64,000 bases of DNA from an uncultured Legionella sp. Its GTDB lineage: Bacteria > Pseudomonadota > Gammaproteobacteria > Legionellales > Legionellaceae. The position numbers and the translations under genes are program-made. Numbering within the stretch: position 1 is the first letter of the stretch; each line of letters begins with the position of its first letter. The notes under the pieces are model-generated. The model made no database searches and was not told the origin of the DNA. It saw nothing but the letters and a program-made list of their open reading frames with translations. The stretch covers positions 8,990-72,989 of the forward strand of contig CAZELP010000006.1 of NCBI GenBank assembly GCA_964513205.1. Reading direction: 5' to 3'. Shown here piece after piece: positions 18,056-28,147 of this stretch.

Positions 18056-20473
18056 ATGTCCATTGTTTATCAATATCATTTGCCTGATATCGTTTGTGGT
18101 AACTGTTCTGCTGTTGTCGAAAAAGCGATTCGTGAAACCCCTTTTTTTAAAGATCATCCTATGGGCGTTGATCCCATTGAAAAAACACTGACATTAACGT
18201 TTGAAGACGATGCTCCCAGTTATCTTGAAATTCGAGATGTGCTCAATGAAATTTTAGATCCTGTGGGGTTTGTTTGTGTTGAGCTTCAAGCCAATTCTGT
18301 TCCTCAAAAGAAAAGCCGATTTTCCCACAAAATCTTAGGCATTTTGGGTGTGAGTGTTGGATTAATCTTTTTAGCAATATCAATGTTTCCTGTTGGTGCT
18401 TGGTCTATGTTGGCCATGAGTGTAGTGAGTTTGCCTTTAACTTTGTTTTTGGGTTTGGAGTCGTATGAAAAAGCGTGGATGAAGTTTAAAAAGCGTCTAT
18501 TGACCATGGACTCATTATTTGCTTTGAGCACATTGAGTATTGCGGCTGTTTCTGTGGCTTCTTTTTTCTTGCCTCAATTGCCAATGATGTGTGAAGCGGG
18601 GCTACTGATTTTTGGATTTCGTCACATTGGTCTTGCCATCGAAGAAGCGTTTAAACAGACCAATATACTGATTAAGCGTTTTCAAGATGATGCACCTTCC
18701 CATGTGACACGAATTGAAAAAGGAAAATTGGTTCAAGTTCCGCTTTCTACTGTTCAGAAGAAAGATATTTTATGGATTAAGCCGGGTGATATTTTGCCCG
18801 TAGATGGTTTTTTTGAAGAGGATGAGGGGCTTGTTTTAGATAAAATTGTGACCGGCAGTAATATGCCGCGTCGTATTGTATTAAATGAACAATTATACGC
18901 AGGAACGGTCCTGTCTTCGGCTGAAAGAGGCCTAAGGTATCGTGTGACAGCAATAGCGCATCACTCTCATCTTGCTCGTTTAGATGCGAAAGTTGCATAT
19001 GCTAAGCTTGAAAAAGCACCATTAGAAACAGCAACAACTCAGGTTTTGCAGTATTTCATTCCTTTGGTTTTAGGGATTGCTGTTGTCTCCGGAATCGTCA
19101 TCGGGACATTGTGTTTACCTGCTCTGGGTATACAATCTGCTGTGGCTGTTTTAGTCTCGGCATGTCCTTGTACTTTGGGGTTAATCACACCATTGGCAAT
19201 GCGTGTTGGGCTTAAAAAATCTGCAGATAGAGGGATTGTTTTTAACAGTGCTAAAAAACTTGAACTTGCTCAAAGTGCAGAATGTGTTGTTTTTGATTTA
19301 AACGGGACATTAACAGAAGGCAAGCCTTTTGTTGTTCGACATGGAGCGTTATCGCATTCACCATGGTCGGCATCTGTTGTACTGAAGATGATGGCCCACT
19401 TTGAGGATAAGTGCCAACATCCTGTTGCCAAAGCGATTCATGCTTCCGCGGGCTCGCAAACGTCAATCCCTTTACCTGAATATGAGGTATTGATGAATCA
19501 TTATGCTGGACGTGTCGTCCGATGTGGCAACACAACCTACACAGTCGGTGGGGAGGCCTTGTTGATTGCACAGGGTGTTCCTGGGCGCGATATCGACTCT
19601 TTGCGTAAGAAATTAAATCTTCGTGTGGGTGAGAATCTCGTTTGTCTTGCAAAAGAAAAAACAATAATTGGCTATGTGGTTTTGCAAGACACGTTAAGAA
19701 AAGATGCGAAATCAATTATTGATGCATTAAAAAAAGCAGGAAAACATCCTTATCTTTGCACGGGTGCAGATGCCAAAACAGCACATGAATATGCAAAGCA
19801 ACTTGGAATTCCAGAGCAAAATGTTCGTTCTAATTGTGTGAGTCATGCAAAAGCAGACTCTTTTCAATCGAAGAAAAAAGTAATTGATGATTTACATCGA
19901 AGAGGTTTCGTTGTCGCCGCCGTTGGAGATGGTGCCAATGATGCTGAAATGATTGCAGCTGCTGATGTGGGATTTGCGATAGCAGCTGATGGCGAGGCTC
20001 ATACACAACAACATGCTGCAGCAATTATAAAAGGTGTTGCGCTGCAACCTATATTACATGCGTTTAATATTTCAAAACAAACAGTTCAAAATATCAAAGA
20101 AAATTTGTGTTTTAGTTTGATTTATAATATTGCGACAGTTTTTTTGGCCGCTGGTTTGTTATTGAGTATTGGTGTTGTTTTAAATCCTGCTGTTGGTGCA
20201 GCTTTAATGATTTTACAAACCTCTCTTATTTTTATGAATGTGTATCGTTTTGCAAATTCCAAAATTACAAAAATGGAGCCTGAGACTGACGTTTCATTGA
20301 ATGTCTCTGCAAATTACGCTGAGCGTGATGTTCATTTATCTCAACAAATTGTGAAAAAGAATGCCTACACTCAAGCTGCGCGGTTTCGCTTTTCATCTCC
20401 ATCTCATTCATCTCTGAATCAGAAAACTGATGTTACTTGCGTTGGGGATTGCATGAGGCTTACTCACTCTTAA
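18056..20473 (+). CDS. P1B-type (CopA-like) heavy-metal ATPase homologue with non-canonical catalytic motifs
   Basis: Retained features are the HMA domain 'CGNC', TM 'CPC' (aa 370-372), 'YN', 'M...S', 'HP' and 'GDGAND'. DKTGT reads 'DLNGT' (nt 19295-19309), TGE reads 'TGS' (18851-18859) and TGD reads 'TGAD' (19760-19771). Confidence 0.85.
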   Translation: MSIVYQYHLPDIVCGNCSAVVEKAIRETPFFKDHPMGVDPIEKTLTLTFEDDAPSYLEIRDVLNEILDPVGFVCVELQANSVPQKKSRFSHKILGILGVSVGLIFLAISMFPVGAWSMLAMSVVSLPLTLFLGLESYEKAWMKFKKRLLTMDSLFALSTLSIAAVSVASFFLPQLPMMCEAGLLIFGFRHIGLAIEEAFKQTNILIKRFQDDAPSHVTRIEKGKLVQVPLSTVQKKDILWIKPGDILPVDGFFEEDEGLVLDKIVTGSNMPRRIVLNEQLYAGTVLSSAERGLRYRVTAIAHHSHLARLDAKVAYAKLEKAPLETATTQVLQYFIPLVLGIAVVSGIVIGTLCLPALGIQSAVAVLVSACPCTLGLITPLAMRVGLKKSADRGIVFNSAKKLELAQSAECVVFDLNGTLTEGKPFVVRHGALSHSPWSASVVLKMMAHFEDKCQHPVAKAIHASAGSQTSIPLPEYEVLMNHYAGRVVRCGNTTYTVGGEALLIAQGVPGRDIDSLRKKLNLRVGENLVCLAKEKTIIGYVVLQDTLRKDAKSIIDALKKAGKHPYLCTGADAKTAHEYAKQLGIPEQNVRSNCVSHAKADSFQSKKKVIDDLHRRGFVVAAVGDGANDAEMIAAADVGFAIAADGEAHTQQHAAAIIKGVALQPILHAFNISKQTVQNIKENLCFSLIYNIATVFLAAGLLLSIGVVLNPAVGAALMILQTSLIFMNVYRFANSKITKMEPETDVSLNVSANYAERDVHLSQQIVKKNAYTQAARFRFSSPSHSSLNQKTDVTCVGDCMRLTHS

Positions 20474-20743
20474 TGTGAGATGCGGTGCATGAAAATGTGT
20501 TTGAATCAGATCGGCGATTTGCTCTGCGACAGTCTCAATCAATTCAAAAGCATTCGACTCGATGAAATCTGTGACCATTTCGCACAGTTTTTGATAATCG
20601 ATTGTTTTGTTGAGATCATTTTCAATGGCTTGCGTGATGGGGATCGTCATATCAATTTTTAACTCTTGACGAATTTGTTGTTCCCACGCGTAAATGCCAA
20701 TACGTGTTTTTGTTCGTAATCCTGTGATTTCAAGTTGATTCAT
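20408..20743 (-). CDS. folB: Dihydroneopterin aldolase
   Basis: The start is taken at 'MNQLEITGLRTKTRIGIYAWEQ...' (ATG 20743). 'IDYQKLCEMV' and 'LIETVAEQIADLI' are FolB-like. The track extension to 20878 would run across the hemE start. The 3' end overlaps the ATPase gene by 66 nt. Confidence 0.85.
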   Translation of the reverse strand: MNQLEITGLRTKTRIGIYAWEQQIRQELKIDMTIPITQAIENDLNKTIDYQKLCEMVTDFIESNAFELIETVAEQIADLIQTHFHAPHLTLRVSKPHAIPNASNISFLIQR

Positions 20744-20794
20744 ACCCATCCCCATTGTTAGAATTCTGACATATCTTATTCTTGAGCCGTTTTC

Positions 20795-21856
20795 ATGGTT
20801 AATCTTACAAATTCTGTTTTTATGCGAAGTCTTCGTCGACAACCTGTGGAGCGTACACCAGTTTGGATTATGCGCCAAGCGGGTCGCTATTTACCTGAAT
20901 ATCGGGCCACGCGAGCGAAAGCCGGTAGTTTCTTGTCATTATGTAAAAATCCAGAACTTGCTTGTGAAGTCACATTACAGCCTTTACGTCGGTTTGGTTT
21001 GGATGCGGCGATTTTGTTTTCAGATATTTTGACCATTCCAGATGCAATGGGGCTTGGTTTATCTTTTGAAGAAGGAGAGGGGCCTTGTTTTGCGAATCCT
21101 ATCCGATCGTGCGGCGCAATTGAAAAATTACCTCATCCTAAAGTGGCAGAGGAGTTGAGCTATGTCATGGACGCTGTTGCTTTAATTCGTGCATCTATGC
21201 CTGCAGACTTACCTTTGATTGGATTTTCTGGAAGTCCTTGGACATTGGCGTGCTATATGATAGAGGGTCGAGGAAGTCGAGATTTTAAAGAAACTTTAAA
21301 ATTTTTGTATGATTTCCCTGATGCGATGCATCAGTTGCTGTTAAAAATTACGACAACAGTGATTGATTATTTAACGCTGCAAGCACGCTCTGGTGCAAAT
21401 GCTTTGATGGTGTTTGATACATGGGGGGGGTTATTGTCATCCCATCATTTTCAAGGGTTTTCTTGTGATTATTTATCTATGATTGTCTCGGCATTAAAGT
21501 CGAATTGTCCCGATGTGCCCGTCATTTTGTTTACTAAGGGCGGAGGTCTATGGTTGTCTCATTTGGCTTCTACTGGATGTGATGGCCTTGGACTAGATTG
21601 GACGTGTGACTTAAGCATGGCCAGAAAACAAGTGGGGAATACTGTGGCGCTTCAAGGAAATCTCGATCCTGCTGTGTTACGCGCATCAGAAAAAGTGATT
21701 CGAGCTGAGGTAGCGAAAGTACTCGAAGCCTATGGTCACGGTAGTGGTCATATTTTTAACTTAGGTCATGGCATCACACCAGATATTCCACCTGAGCATG
21801 TAGCCGTGTTGGTCGAAGCGGTTCGTGAAATGAGCCCTGTGTATCATCTTGCTTGA
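20795..21856 (+). CDS. hemE: Uroporphyrinogen decarboxylase
   Basis: Motifs read: '[23 protein letters not shown]' and '[14 protein letters not shown]'. The length is 353 aa. Confidence 0.97.
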   Translation: MVNLTNSVFMRSLRRQPVERTPVWIMRQAGRYLPEYRATRAKAGSFLSLCKNPELACEVTLQPLRRFGLDAAILFSDILTIPDAMGLGLSFEEGEGPCFANPIRSCGAIEKLPHPKVAEELSYVMDAVALIRASMPADLPLIGFSGSPWTLACYMIEGRGSRDFKETLKFLYDFPDAMHQLLLKITTTVIDYLTLQARSGANALMVFDTWGGLLSSHHFQGFSCDYLSMIVSALKSNCPDVPVILFTKGGGLWLSHLASTGCDGLGLDWTCDLSMARKQVGNTVALQGNLDPAVLRASEKVIRAEVAKVLEAYGHGSGHIFNLGHGITPDIPPEHVAVLVEAVREMSPVYHLA

Positions 21857-23018
21857 CTAGCATTTTGGACAATACGGTTGCTATTTCCAAAAACTGTTCG
21901 GCATTGAGACGAGGATCAACTGGGCTGTGATACGCTTTTTCTAGATTGTCTTCATTGAGCGCTTGCTTTCCACCGATGCATTCTGTCACATGTTCATGAG
22001 TCATTTCTAAATGCACTCCACCCAGGTGGCTATTGTATATTTGATGGAGACTAAAGGTCGCATGTAATTCTTCAATGATGGCTTCAATTGGACGTGTTTT
22101 TAATCCTTTTTTTGTTCGAATAGTGTTGCCATGCATGGGGTCACATGACCATGCGACAGGATAACCTTCTTCTTTGACTCGTTGAATTAATCTTGGGAGA
22201 CAAGTTTCGACTTGTGATGCACCAAAACGTGTGATGAGTAAAATTCGTCCATTTTGTCGTGTCGGGTTTAATCGAGATAAGACATGACATAGCCACTCTG
22301 GTGTTGCATTTGGACCAATTTTGAGTCCAATGGGATTAGAAATTCCTCGAATAAACTCAATATGAGCGCCTTCTGGATCTTGTGTCCTGACTCCAATCCA
22401 GGGGAAATGAGTTGAACGTAAAAACCATTCTTCTGTATGGTCTTCATATCTTGTGAGTGCCTGTTCATACGCCAGATGCAGTGCTTCGTGGGAAGTGAAA
22501 AAAAGTGTTGATTGATGATATGCGTGAATGTCATTTAATGTCGATTGACTGTGATGGTAGCCATCGAGTAAACGAGTTGGATTAGGTGTTCTCGATGTTT
22601 GTGTAAACTCAAAGCCGTTGATCAAATCACCACGGTAGCTTGGCAATGTCAGATGGGCGTGTGTTTCTGTCGCCTCTGTTCGTGCTTTTGCAAATTGACC
22701 CGCCATTCGTCCAATTTGTACGATTTTTCGAAGAGACGATTTTCCCAGTAGTTGCGCAATTTTTTCAATTAACTCAAGCTTTTGATTCACGGTACTGCCT
22801 TGGAATGTTTCTGCGCATTCTCCAGCTTGAAGTAAGAACATTTTTTTTTGTTCGACCTGCTCAAGGCATGTCTTTAGTGCTCGAATTTCTTCAATACCAA
22901 CAAGCGGGGGTAACTCCGTTAGCGTTTGTAGCACAACAGATTGAGCTTTTGTATCTGGGTAGATCACATGTTGTGCATGAGGACGTTGAGTCCACGATGA
23001 TGGAGACCAGCTTTCCAT
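21774..23018 (-). CDS. 3-deoxy-7-phosphoheptulonate (DAHP) synthase, class II
   Basis: Motifs read: '[13 protein letters not shown]', '[10 protein letters not shown]', '[10 protein letters not shown]' and 'VDPRLN'. The start is taken at '[10 protein letters not shown]' (ATG 23018). The C-terminal tail overlaps hemE by 83 nt in convergent orientation. Confidence 0.9.
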   Translation of the reverse strand: MESWSPSSWTQRPHAQHVIYPDTKAQSVVLQTLTELPPLVGIEEIRALKTCLEQVEQKKMFLLQAGECAETFQGSTVNQKLELIEKIAQLLGKSSLRKIVQIGRMAGQFAKARTEATETHAHLTLPSYRGDLINGFEFTQTSRTPNPTRLLDGYHHSQSTLNDIHAYHQSTLFFTSHEALHLAYEQALTRYEDHTEEWFLRSTHFPWIGVRTQDPEGAHIEFIRGISNPIGLKIGPNATPEWLCHVLSRLNPTRQNGRILLITRFGASQVETCLPRLIQRVKEEGYPVAWSCDPMHGNTIRTKKGLKTRPIEAIIEELHATFSLHQIYNSHLGGVHLEMTHEHVTECIGGKQALNEDNLEKAYHSPVDPRLNAEQFLEIATVLSKMLVKQDDTQGSFHEPLRPTRLHAQVEYLV

Positions 23019-23103
23019 GGTGTAAATCGGTGTGTGGCGAAAATCAATGGTGATTATGCAACGCTTGAAAATGGGGTGCAAGCAAAATATATGGATTTAC
23101 CCC

Positions 23104-23134
23104 CTTGATTTTTAAATCAAGTGTCCCCAGATGT
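23104..23134 (+). promoter_or_regulatory. Sigma32 (heat-shock) type promoter upstream of grpE
   Basis: CCCCCTTGAT (-35, CTTGAT at 23104-23109), a 15-nt spacer, then CCCCAGATGT (23125-23134). The E. coli consensus is CTTGAAA...CCCCATNT. Confidence 0.55.
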
Positions 23135-23163
23135 AGAAAATCGATTTTCTGGGAGTAATTAAA

Positions 23164-23751
23164 ATGGGTGATTGGGAAAAAATTAAGGCTGAGCATGAAT
23201 TAGAGGAACAAGAAGAAGCGTTGGCGAACGCGGCTAAAGCAGAAGACACAAATCAGACCGCAGAAGAACAACCTTCTTTGGGACATCCTTCTTATCGTGA
23301 GCTTGAAGACAAGTTGACTGCTTCAGAACAAAAAGCCCATGAGAATTGGGAAAAGCTGGTGCGTTCAATTGCCGAAGTTGAAAATATTCGAAGACGTGCA
23401 GAACGTGATATTGCGAATGCACATCGTTATGGAATAGAAAAATTCGTGAATAACCTTTTGCCTGTTGCTGATAGCCTAGAGCAAGCAATTGTACTTGCAG
23501 AAAAGCAAGGAGACATGCCTTTACATGAAGGTTTATTGTTGACAATGAAATTGTTTTTGGAGTCATTGGCAAAAGCAGATGTGAAGCAAATTGACCCGAC
23601 TGGCTGTCCTTTTGATCCACAACAACATGAGGCGATGTCAATCCAGCCGGATCCCAGTGTGGCTCCTAACACTGTATTGACTGTTTTCCAGAAGGGATAC
23701 GTATTGAATGACCGTGTTATTCGTCCTGCGCGTGTTATTGTTTCAAAATAA
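23164..23751 (+). CDS. grpE: Nucleotide exchange factor GrpE
   Basis: It has an acidic N-terminus and a coiled coil 'ENIRRRAERD'. The C-terminal beta domain reads 'FDPQQHEAMS...VFQKGYVLNDRVIRPARV'. Confidence 0.95.
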   Translation: MGDWEKIKAEHELEEQEEALANAAKAEDTNQTAEEQPSLGHPSYRELEDKLTASEQKAHENWEKLVRSIAEVENIRRRAERDIANAHRYGIEKFVNNLLPVADSLEQAIVLAEKQGDMPLHEGLLLTMKLFLESLAKADVKQIDPTGCPFDPQQHEAMSIQPDPSVAPNTVLTVFQKGYVLNDRVIRPARVIVSK

Positions 23752-23764
23752 ATGTAGGTTGGGG

Positions 23765-23791
23765 TTGAAATATCAAAATAATTCCCTATAT
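23765..23791 (+). promoter_or_regulatory. Sigma32-type promoter upstream of dnaK
   Basis: GTTGAAA (TTGAAA at 23765-23770), a 13-nt spacer, then CCCTATAT (23784-23791). Confidence 0.5.
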
Positions 23792-23836
23792 GAGATTTAT
23801 AACGATTAAATAGAAATTAATTTGGAGCAAAAAATT

Positions 23837-25777
23837 ATGGCATCACCAATCATTGGTATCGACTTAGGTACAACAAACTCTTGTGTGGCTATTATGGAGG
23901 GTAACACTCCTCGAGTCATCGAAAATGCTGAGGGACATCGCACGACACCTTCGATTGTTGCATTCACAAATGATGATGAAGTGTTAGTCGGACAAGCCGC
24001 AAAGCGTCAGGCTGTGACAAACCCTGATAATACTTTGTATGCAATCAAACGTCTTATTGGACGACGTTTTGATGACGCTGTTGTGCAAAAAGACATTAAA
24101 ATGGTTCCTTACGAAATTATGAAAGCTGATAATGGTGATGCGTGGGTTCGTGTAAAAGGACAAGAAAAAGCACCACCTCAAGTTTCTGCCGAAGTTTTGC
24201 GTAAAATGAAAAAAACAGCAGAAGATTATCTAGGAAAAGAAGTGACTGAAGCAGTGATCACCGTTCCTGCTTATTTCAATGACTCTCAACGTCAAGCAAC
24301 AAAAGATGCGGGTCGTATTGCGGGTCTTGAAGTAAAGCGAATTATCAATGAGCCTACCGCTGCAGCACTTGCTTATGGTATGGACAAAAAACGCGGTGAT
24401 TCAGTTATCGCAGTTTATGACTTAGGAGGCGGTACATTTGATGTTTCAATCATTGAAATCGCAGAAGTTGATGGTGAGCATCAATTTGAAGTATTGGCTA
24501 CAAATGGTGATACATTCCTTGGTGGTGAAGATTTCGACTTGGCTTTGATTGAGTATTTAGCTGCTGAGTTTAAAAAAGACACAGGCATCGATTTGCACAA
24601 TGATCCATTGGCGCTTCAACGTTTGAAGGAAGCGGCTGAGAAAGCAAAAATAGAGCTTTCTTCTTCTCAGCAAACAGATGTTAATCTGCCTTACATTACT
24701 GCCGACTCTACAGGGCCAAAACATTTGGCACTTAAATTGACTCGGGCAAAACTTGAGTCTTTGGTTGAAGATTTGGTGCAACGCACAATTGCTCCTTGCA
24801 AAACAGCATTAAAAGACGCCAAACTGACAATCAGCCAGATCGACGAAGTGATTCTTGTTGGTGGTCAAACTCGTATGCCATTGGTCCAAAAAGTAGTAGA
24901 AGAATTTTTTGGTAAAGAACCACGACGAGATGTGAACCCTGACGAAGCTGTTGCAGTCGGTGCTGCAATTCAAGCGGCGGTTTTATCGGGTGATGTGAAA
25001 GATATCTTGTTGCTGGATGTGACGCCATTGTCACTTGGTATCGAAACTTTGGGTGGCGTGATGACAAAACTCATTGAGAAAAATACCACTATCCCAACAA
25101 AAGCGAATCAAGTGTTCTCAACAGCTGAGAACAACCAAACTGCAGTGACTGTTCACGTGCTTCAAGGTGAGCGAGAGCAAGCTTCAGCAAATAAATCTTT
25201 AGGTCGTTTTGACTTGACGGATATTCCACCTGCACCACGTGGCGTACCTCAAATTGAAGTAACTTTTGACATCGACGCCAATGGTATTTTGAACGTATCG
25301 GCAAAAGACAAGGCTTCAGGAAAAGCTCAATCTATCGTGATCAAAGCATCTAGCGGATTAAGTGAAGAAGAAATCAACGCAATGGTCAATGATGCCAAAG
25401 CTCATGAAGAAGATGACAAGAAATTTAAAGAACTTGCCGAATTACGAAATCAGGCTGATAACATGGTACATAGCACTGAGAAGTCTTTGAAAGATCTTGA
25501 AAAAGAACTGACTGAAGAAGAAAAAACAAGTACTGAATCTGCCATTGCTGCATTGAAAGAGGCGCTTAAAGCGAATGATAAAGCAGATATAGAAGCGAAG
25601 TTGAATGCATTGACGGAAATTTCTGGTAAAATGGCCGAGCGTGTTTATGCACAAAAGTCTGCCAGTGAGCAAGCTCAAGCGGCAGCTGGTGGTGCGACTG
25701 ATTCAAATGCACATCCTAAAGATGATGGTGTTGTGGATGCTGAGTTTGAAGAAGTGAAAGATGACGATAAGAAGTAA
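23837..25777 (+). CDS. dnaK: Molecular chaperone DnaK (Hsp70)
   Basis: ATG 23837 follows 'TTGGAG'. Motifs read: '[11 protein letters not shown]', '[10 protein letters not shown]' and '[11 protein letters not shown]'. The tail is acidic. Confidence 0.98.
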   Translation: MASPIIGIDLGTTNSCVAIMEGNTPRVIENAEGHRTTPSIVAFTNDDEVLVGQAAKRQAVTNPDNTLYAIKRLIGRRFDDAVVQKDIKMVPYEIMKADNGDAWVRVKGQEKAPPQVSAEVLRKMKKTAEDYLGKEVTEAVITVPAYFNDSQRQATKDAGRIAGLEVKRIINEPTAAALAYGMDKKRGDSVIAVYDLGGGTFDVSIIEIAEVDGEHQFEVLATNGDTFLGGEDFDLALIEYLAAEFKKDTGIDLHNDPLALQRLKEAAEKAKIELSSSQQTDVNLPYITADSTGPKHLALKLTRAKLESLVEDLVQRTIAPCKTALKDAKLTISQIDEVILVGGQTRMPLVQKVVEEFFGKEPRRDVNPDEAVAVGAAIQAAVLSGDVKDILLLDVTPLSLGIETLGGVMTKLIEKNTTIPTKANQVFSTAENNQTAVTVHVLQGEREQASANKSLGRFDLTDIPPAPRGVPQIEVTFDIDANGILNVSAKDKASGKAQSIVIKASSGLSEEEINAMVNDAKAHEEDDKKFKELAELRNQADNMVHSTEKSLKDLEKELTEEEKTSTESAIAALKEALKANDKADIEAKLNALTEISGKMAERVYAQKSASEQAQAAAGGATDSNAHPKDDGVVDAEFEEVKDDDKK

Positions 25778-25784
25778 TTTCCTG

Positions 25785-25817
25785 TATGCGCGAACGCAAA
25801 CATGCGTATCGCGCATA
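25785..25817 (+). terminator. Strong intercistronic stem-loop between dnaK and dnaJ (attenuator or mRNA-stability element)
   Basis: TATGCGCGAACGCA-AACA-TGCGT(A)TCGCGCATA forms a stem of about 14 bp with a one-nt bulge. It is followed by 'ACTTTTA', so the U-tract is weak. Confidence 0.5.
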
Positions 25818-25844
25818 ACTTTTACGATTTAGTGCGAGCATTTA

Positions 25845-26978
25845 ATGCAACAAGAAGATTATTACAAACTCCTGGGTGTTGATAAAACAGCAAGCGATGC
25901 AGAAATCAAAAAAGCATTTCGAAAATTAGCCATGAAACATCATCCAGATAGAAATGCTGGAAATGAAGAATCTGAAGAAATGTTCAAACAGATTCAACAA
26001 GCCTATGCGGTATTGTCTGATCCTGAAAAACGTGCGGCTTATGACCGTTTTGGTCATGCAGGTGTAAATGGTCCTGGTGGCGCCAGCGGTTTTGGCGGTT
26101 TCGGTGGTTTTGGTGATGTATTTGAAGATATTTTTGAAAACATTTTTACTGGAGGACGTACCGGTGGCCATCGTTCGCGTGCTGAGCGAGGCTCTGATTT
26201 ACAATTAACTGTTCAGTTGACTCTTGAAGAAGTAGCCGCAGGCAAGCAAGTTGAACTGAGTGTTCCTCGTCATGTCAATTGTAAAACTTGCGAGGGTTCA
26301 GGTGCCAAAAAAGGTACTACTCCAAAAACTTGTGATACCTGTCAGGGTATGGGGCAAGTTCGAATACAGCAAGGTTTCTTTTCTATTCAACAAACTTGCC
26401 CTGATTGTCGAGGGGAAGGTGCTCGCATTAGCGAATACTGTGGTGATTGCCGTGGTGAAGGCCGTGTTCGAGAAACAAAAACGCTTACCGTCAAAATACC
26501 GGTTGGTGTAGATGATGGTGACAGAGTTCGTTTGAGTGGTGAAGGCGAAGCGGGTATTCATGGAGGTCCTTCTGGTGATCTTTATGTTCAAATACAGTTA
26601 AAATCACATCCTATTTTTAAGCGTGATGGAACCGATTTACATTGTGAGGTGCCAATCGGATTTACGACAGCGGCTTTGGGTGGTTCAATAGAAGTGCCAA
26701 CTTTAGATGGTCGTGTGACACTTAAGATTCCATCTGAAACTCAAACAGGCAAGCCATTTCGTGTCCGTGGTAAAGGAATTAAATCGATTCGTAGTCACGG
26801 GCCTGGTGATTTAATTTGTCACGTTGTGGTTGAAACACCAGTAGCTTTGTCAAAAGAGCAAAAGGCTTTGCTTGAGAAGCTACAAGAGTCTTTAGATAAC
26901 AGCAAAGAGACGCATTCTCCAAAGTCAAACTCTTGGTTTGCTGGAGTGAAACAATTTTTCGAGGATATGAAATTTTGA
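25845..26978 (+). CDS. dnaJ: Molecular chaperone DnaJ (type I Hsp40)
   Basis: It has a J-domain with 'HPDRN', a G/F-rich region, and four CxxCxGxG repeats ([32 protein letters not shown]). Confidence 0.97.
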   Translation: MQQEDYYKLLGVDKTASDAEIKKAFRKLAMKHHPDRNAGNEESEEMFKQIQQAYAVLSDPEKRAAYDRFGHAGVNGPGGASGFGGFGGFGDVFEDIFENIFTGGRTGGHRSRAERGSDLQLTVQLTLEEVAAGKQVELSVPRHVNCKTCEGSGAKKGTTPKTCDTCQGMGQVRIQQGFFSIQQTCPDCRGEGARISEYCGDCRGEGRVRETKTLTVKIPVGVDDGDRVRLSGEGEAGIHGGPSGDLYVQIQLKSHPIFKRDGTDLHCEVPIGFTTAALGGSIEVPTLDGRVTLKIPSETQTGKPFRVRGKGIKSIRSHGPGDLICHVVVETPVALSKEQKALLEKLQESLDNSKETHSPKSNSWFAGVKQFFEDMKF

Positions 26979-28147
26979 TGAAAACCCATTCACCTGCGTT
27001 ACTTGTACTTGCTGATGGTACAATTTTTAGAGGACGATCGGTCGGTGCTGAAGGTCATACTGTAGGTGAATTGGTTTTTAACACAGCCATGACAGGCTAT
27101 CAAGAGATGCTGACCGACCCATCTTACACGGAGCAAATTGTCTTATTGACTACGTCGCATGTGGGGAATACCGGTTGTAATTTGGATGATGATGAATCAA
27201 CTCGTGTGTGGGCCTCGGGGCTCGTCATGCGTGAGATGAGTGAATGTGCCACACATAGCCGAAGTGAGATTCATTTCTCAGATTGGTTGAAAAAGCATAA
27301 GGTTGTGGCTATTTCTGATATTGATACCAGAGCGTTAACTTTACATTTGCGTGAGATTGGTGCTCAAAATGCGTGTATCACAACACATCACTCACCTGAA
27401 GATGCTCAAGTTTTAGCAGAAGCCATGCCGAGTTTAAAAGGTCGTGATTTAGCTCGTGTGGTGACGCGCAGCACAATTGAACGTTGGCACGAAGGTTTGG
27501 GAAAATGGGGAAATATCTCAACTCCTTTAAGTTGGCATGTTGTGGTATATGATTTTGGTGTAAAGCACTCCATCTTGAAAATTTTATATGATCTAGGATG
27601 CCATATTACAGTTGTTCCCGCAGAAACAAATCCGAAAGATGTATTGGCACTTAATCCAGACGGAATTTTGCTCTCGAATGGTCCTGGTGATCCTGCCGCC
27701 TGCACTTATGCCATTGATGCAGCTAAAATTTTTATGGATGCAGATATACCGCTTATGGGAATTTGTCTTGGATTTCAAATTTTAGCGTTGGCTGCTGGGG
27801 CTGATGTTTTTAAAATGAAATTTGGACATCATGGAGCCAACCATCCGGTGATCGAAACGAAAGGACAAAAAAGGGTGTTTATCACCAGTCAAAATCATGG
27901 GTTTGCGGTAGATGAAAACTCTCTACCTTCACATTTTATTGTGACACATCGATCGTTATTTGATGGAACCTTGCAAGGGATACAGCATGCTGAAAAGCCT
28001 GTATTTGGATTTCAAGGGCATCCAGAAGCCAGTCCAGGTCCTCATGATGCGATGTGTTTGTTTGAACAGTTTATTGCATTGATGCGCGACAGGCGCGACC
28101 TATCGTCTGCATCGCTTGTATTGTCTAAAGGAGAAATGTCGTTGTGA
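26978..28147 (+). CDS. carA: Carbamoyl-phosphate synthase small (glutaminase) subunit
   Basis: The start '[21 protein letters not shown]' overlaps the dnaJ stop as TGATG. Motifs read: '[18 protein letters not shown]', nucleophile 'GICLGFQ' and '[11 protein letters not shown]'. Confidence 0.95.
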   Translation: MKTHSPALLVLADGTIFRGRSVGAEGHTVGELVFNTAMTGYQEMLTDPSYTEQIVLLTTSHVGNTGCNLDDDESTRVWASGLVMREMSECATHSRSEIHFSDWLKKHKVVAISDIDTRALTLHLREIGAQNACITTHHSPEDAQVLAEAMPSLKGRDLARVVTRSTIERWHEGLGKWGNISTPLSWHVVVYDFGVKHSILKILYDLGCHITVVPAETNPKDVLALNPDGILLSNGPGDPAACTYAIDAAKIFMDADIPLMGICLGFQILALAAGADVFKMKFGHHGANHPVIETKGQKRVFITSQNHGFAVDENSLPSHFIVTHRSLFDGTLQGIQHAEKPVFGFQGHPEASPGPHDAMCLFEQFIALMRDRRDLSSASLVLSKGEMSL

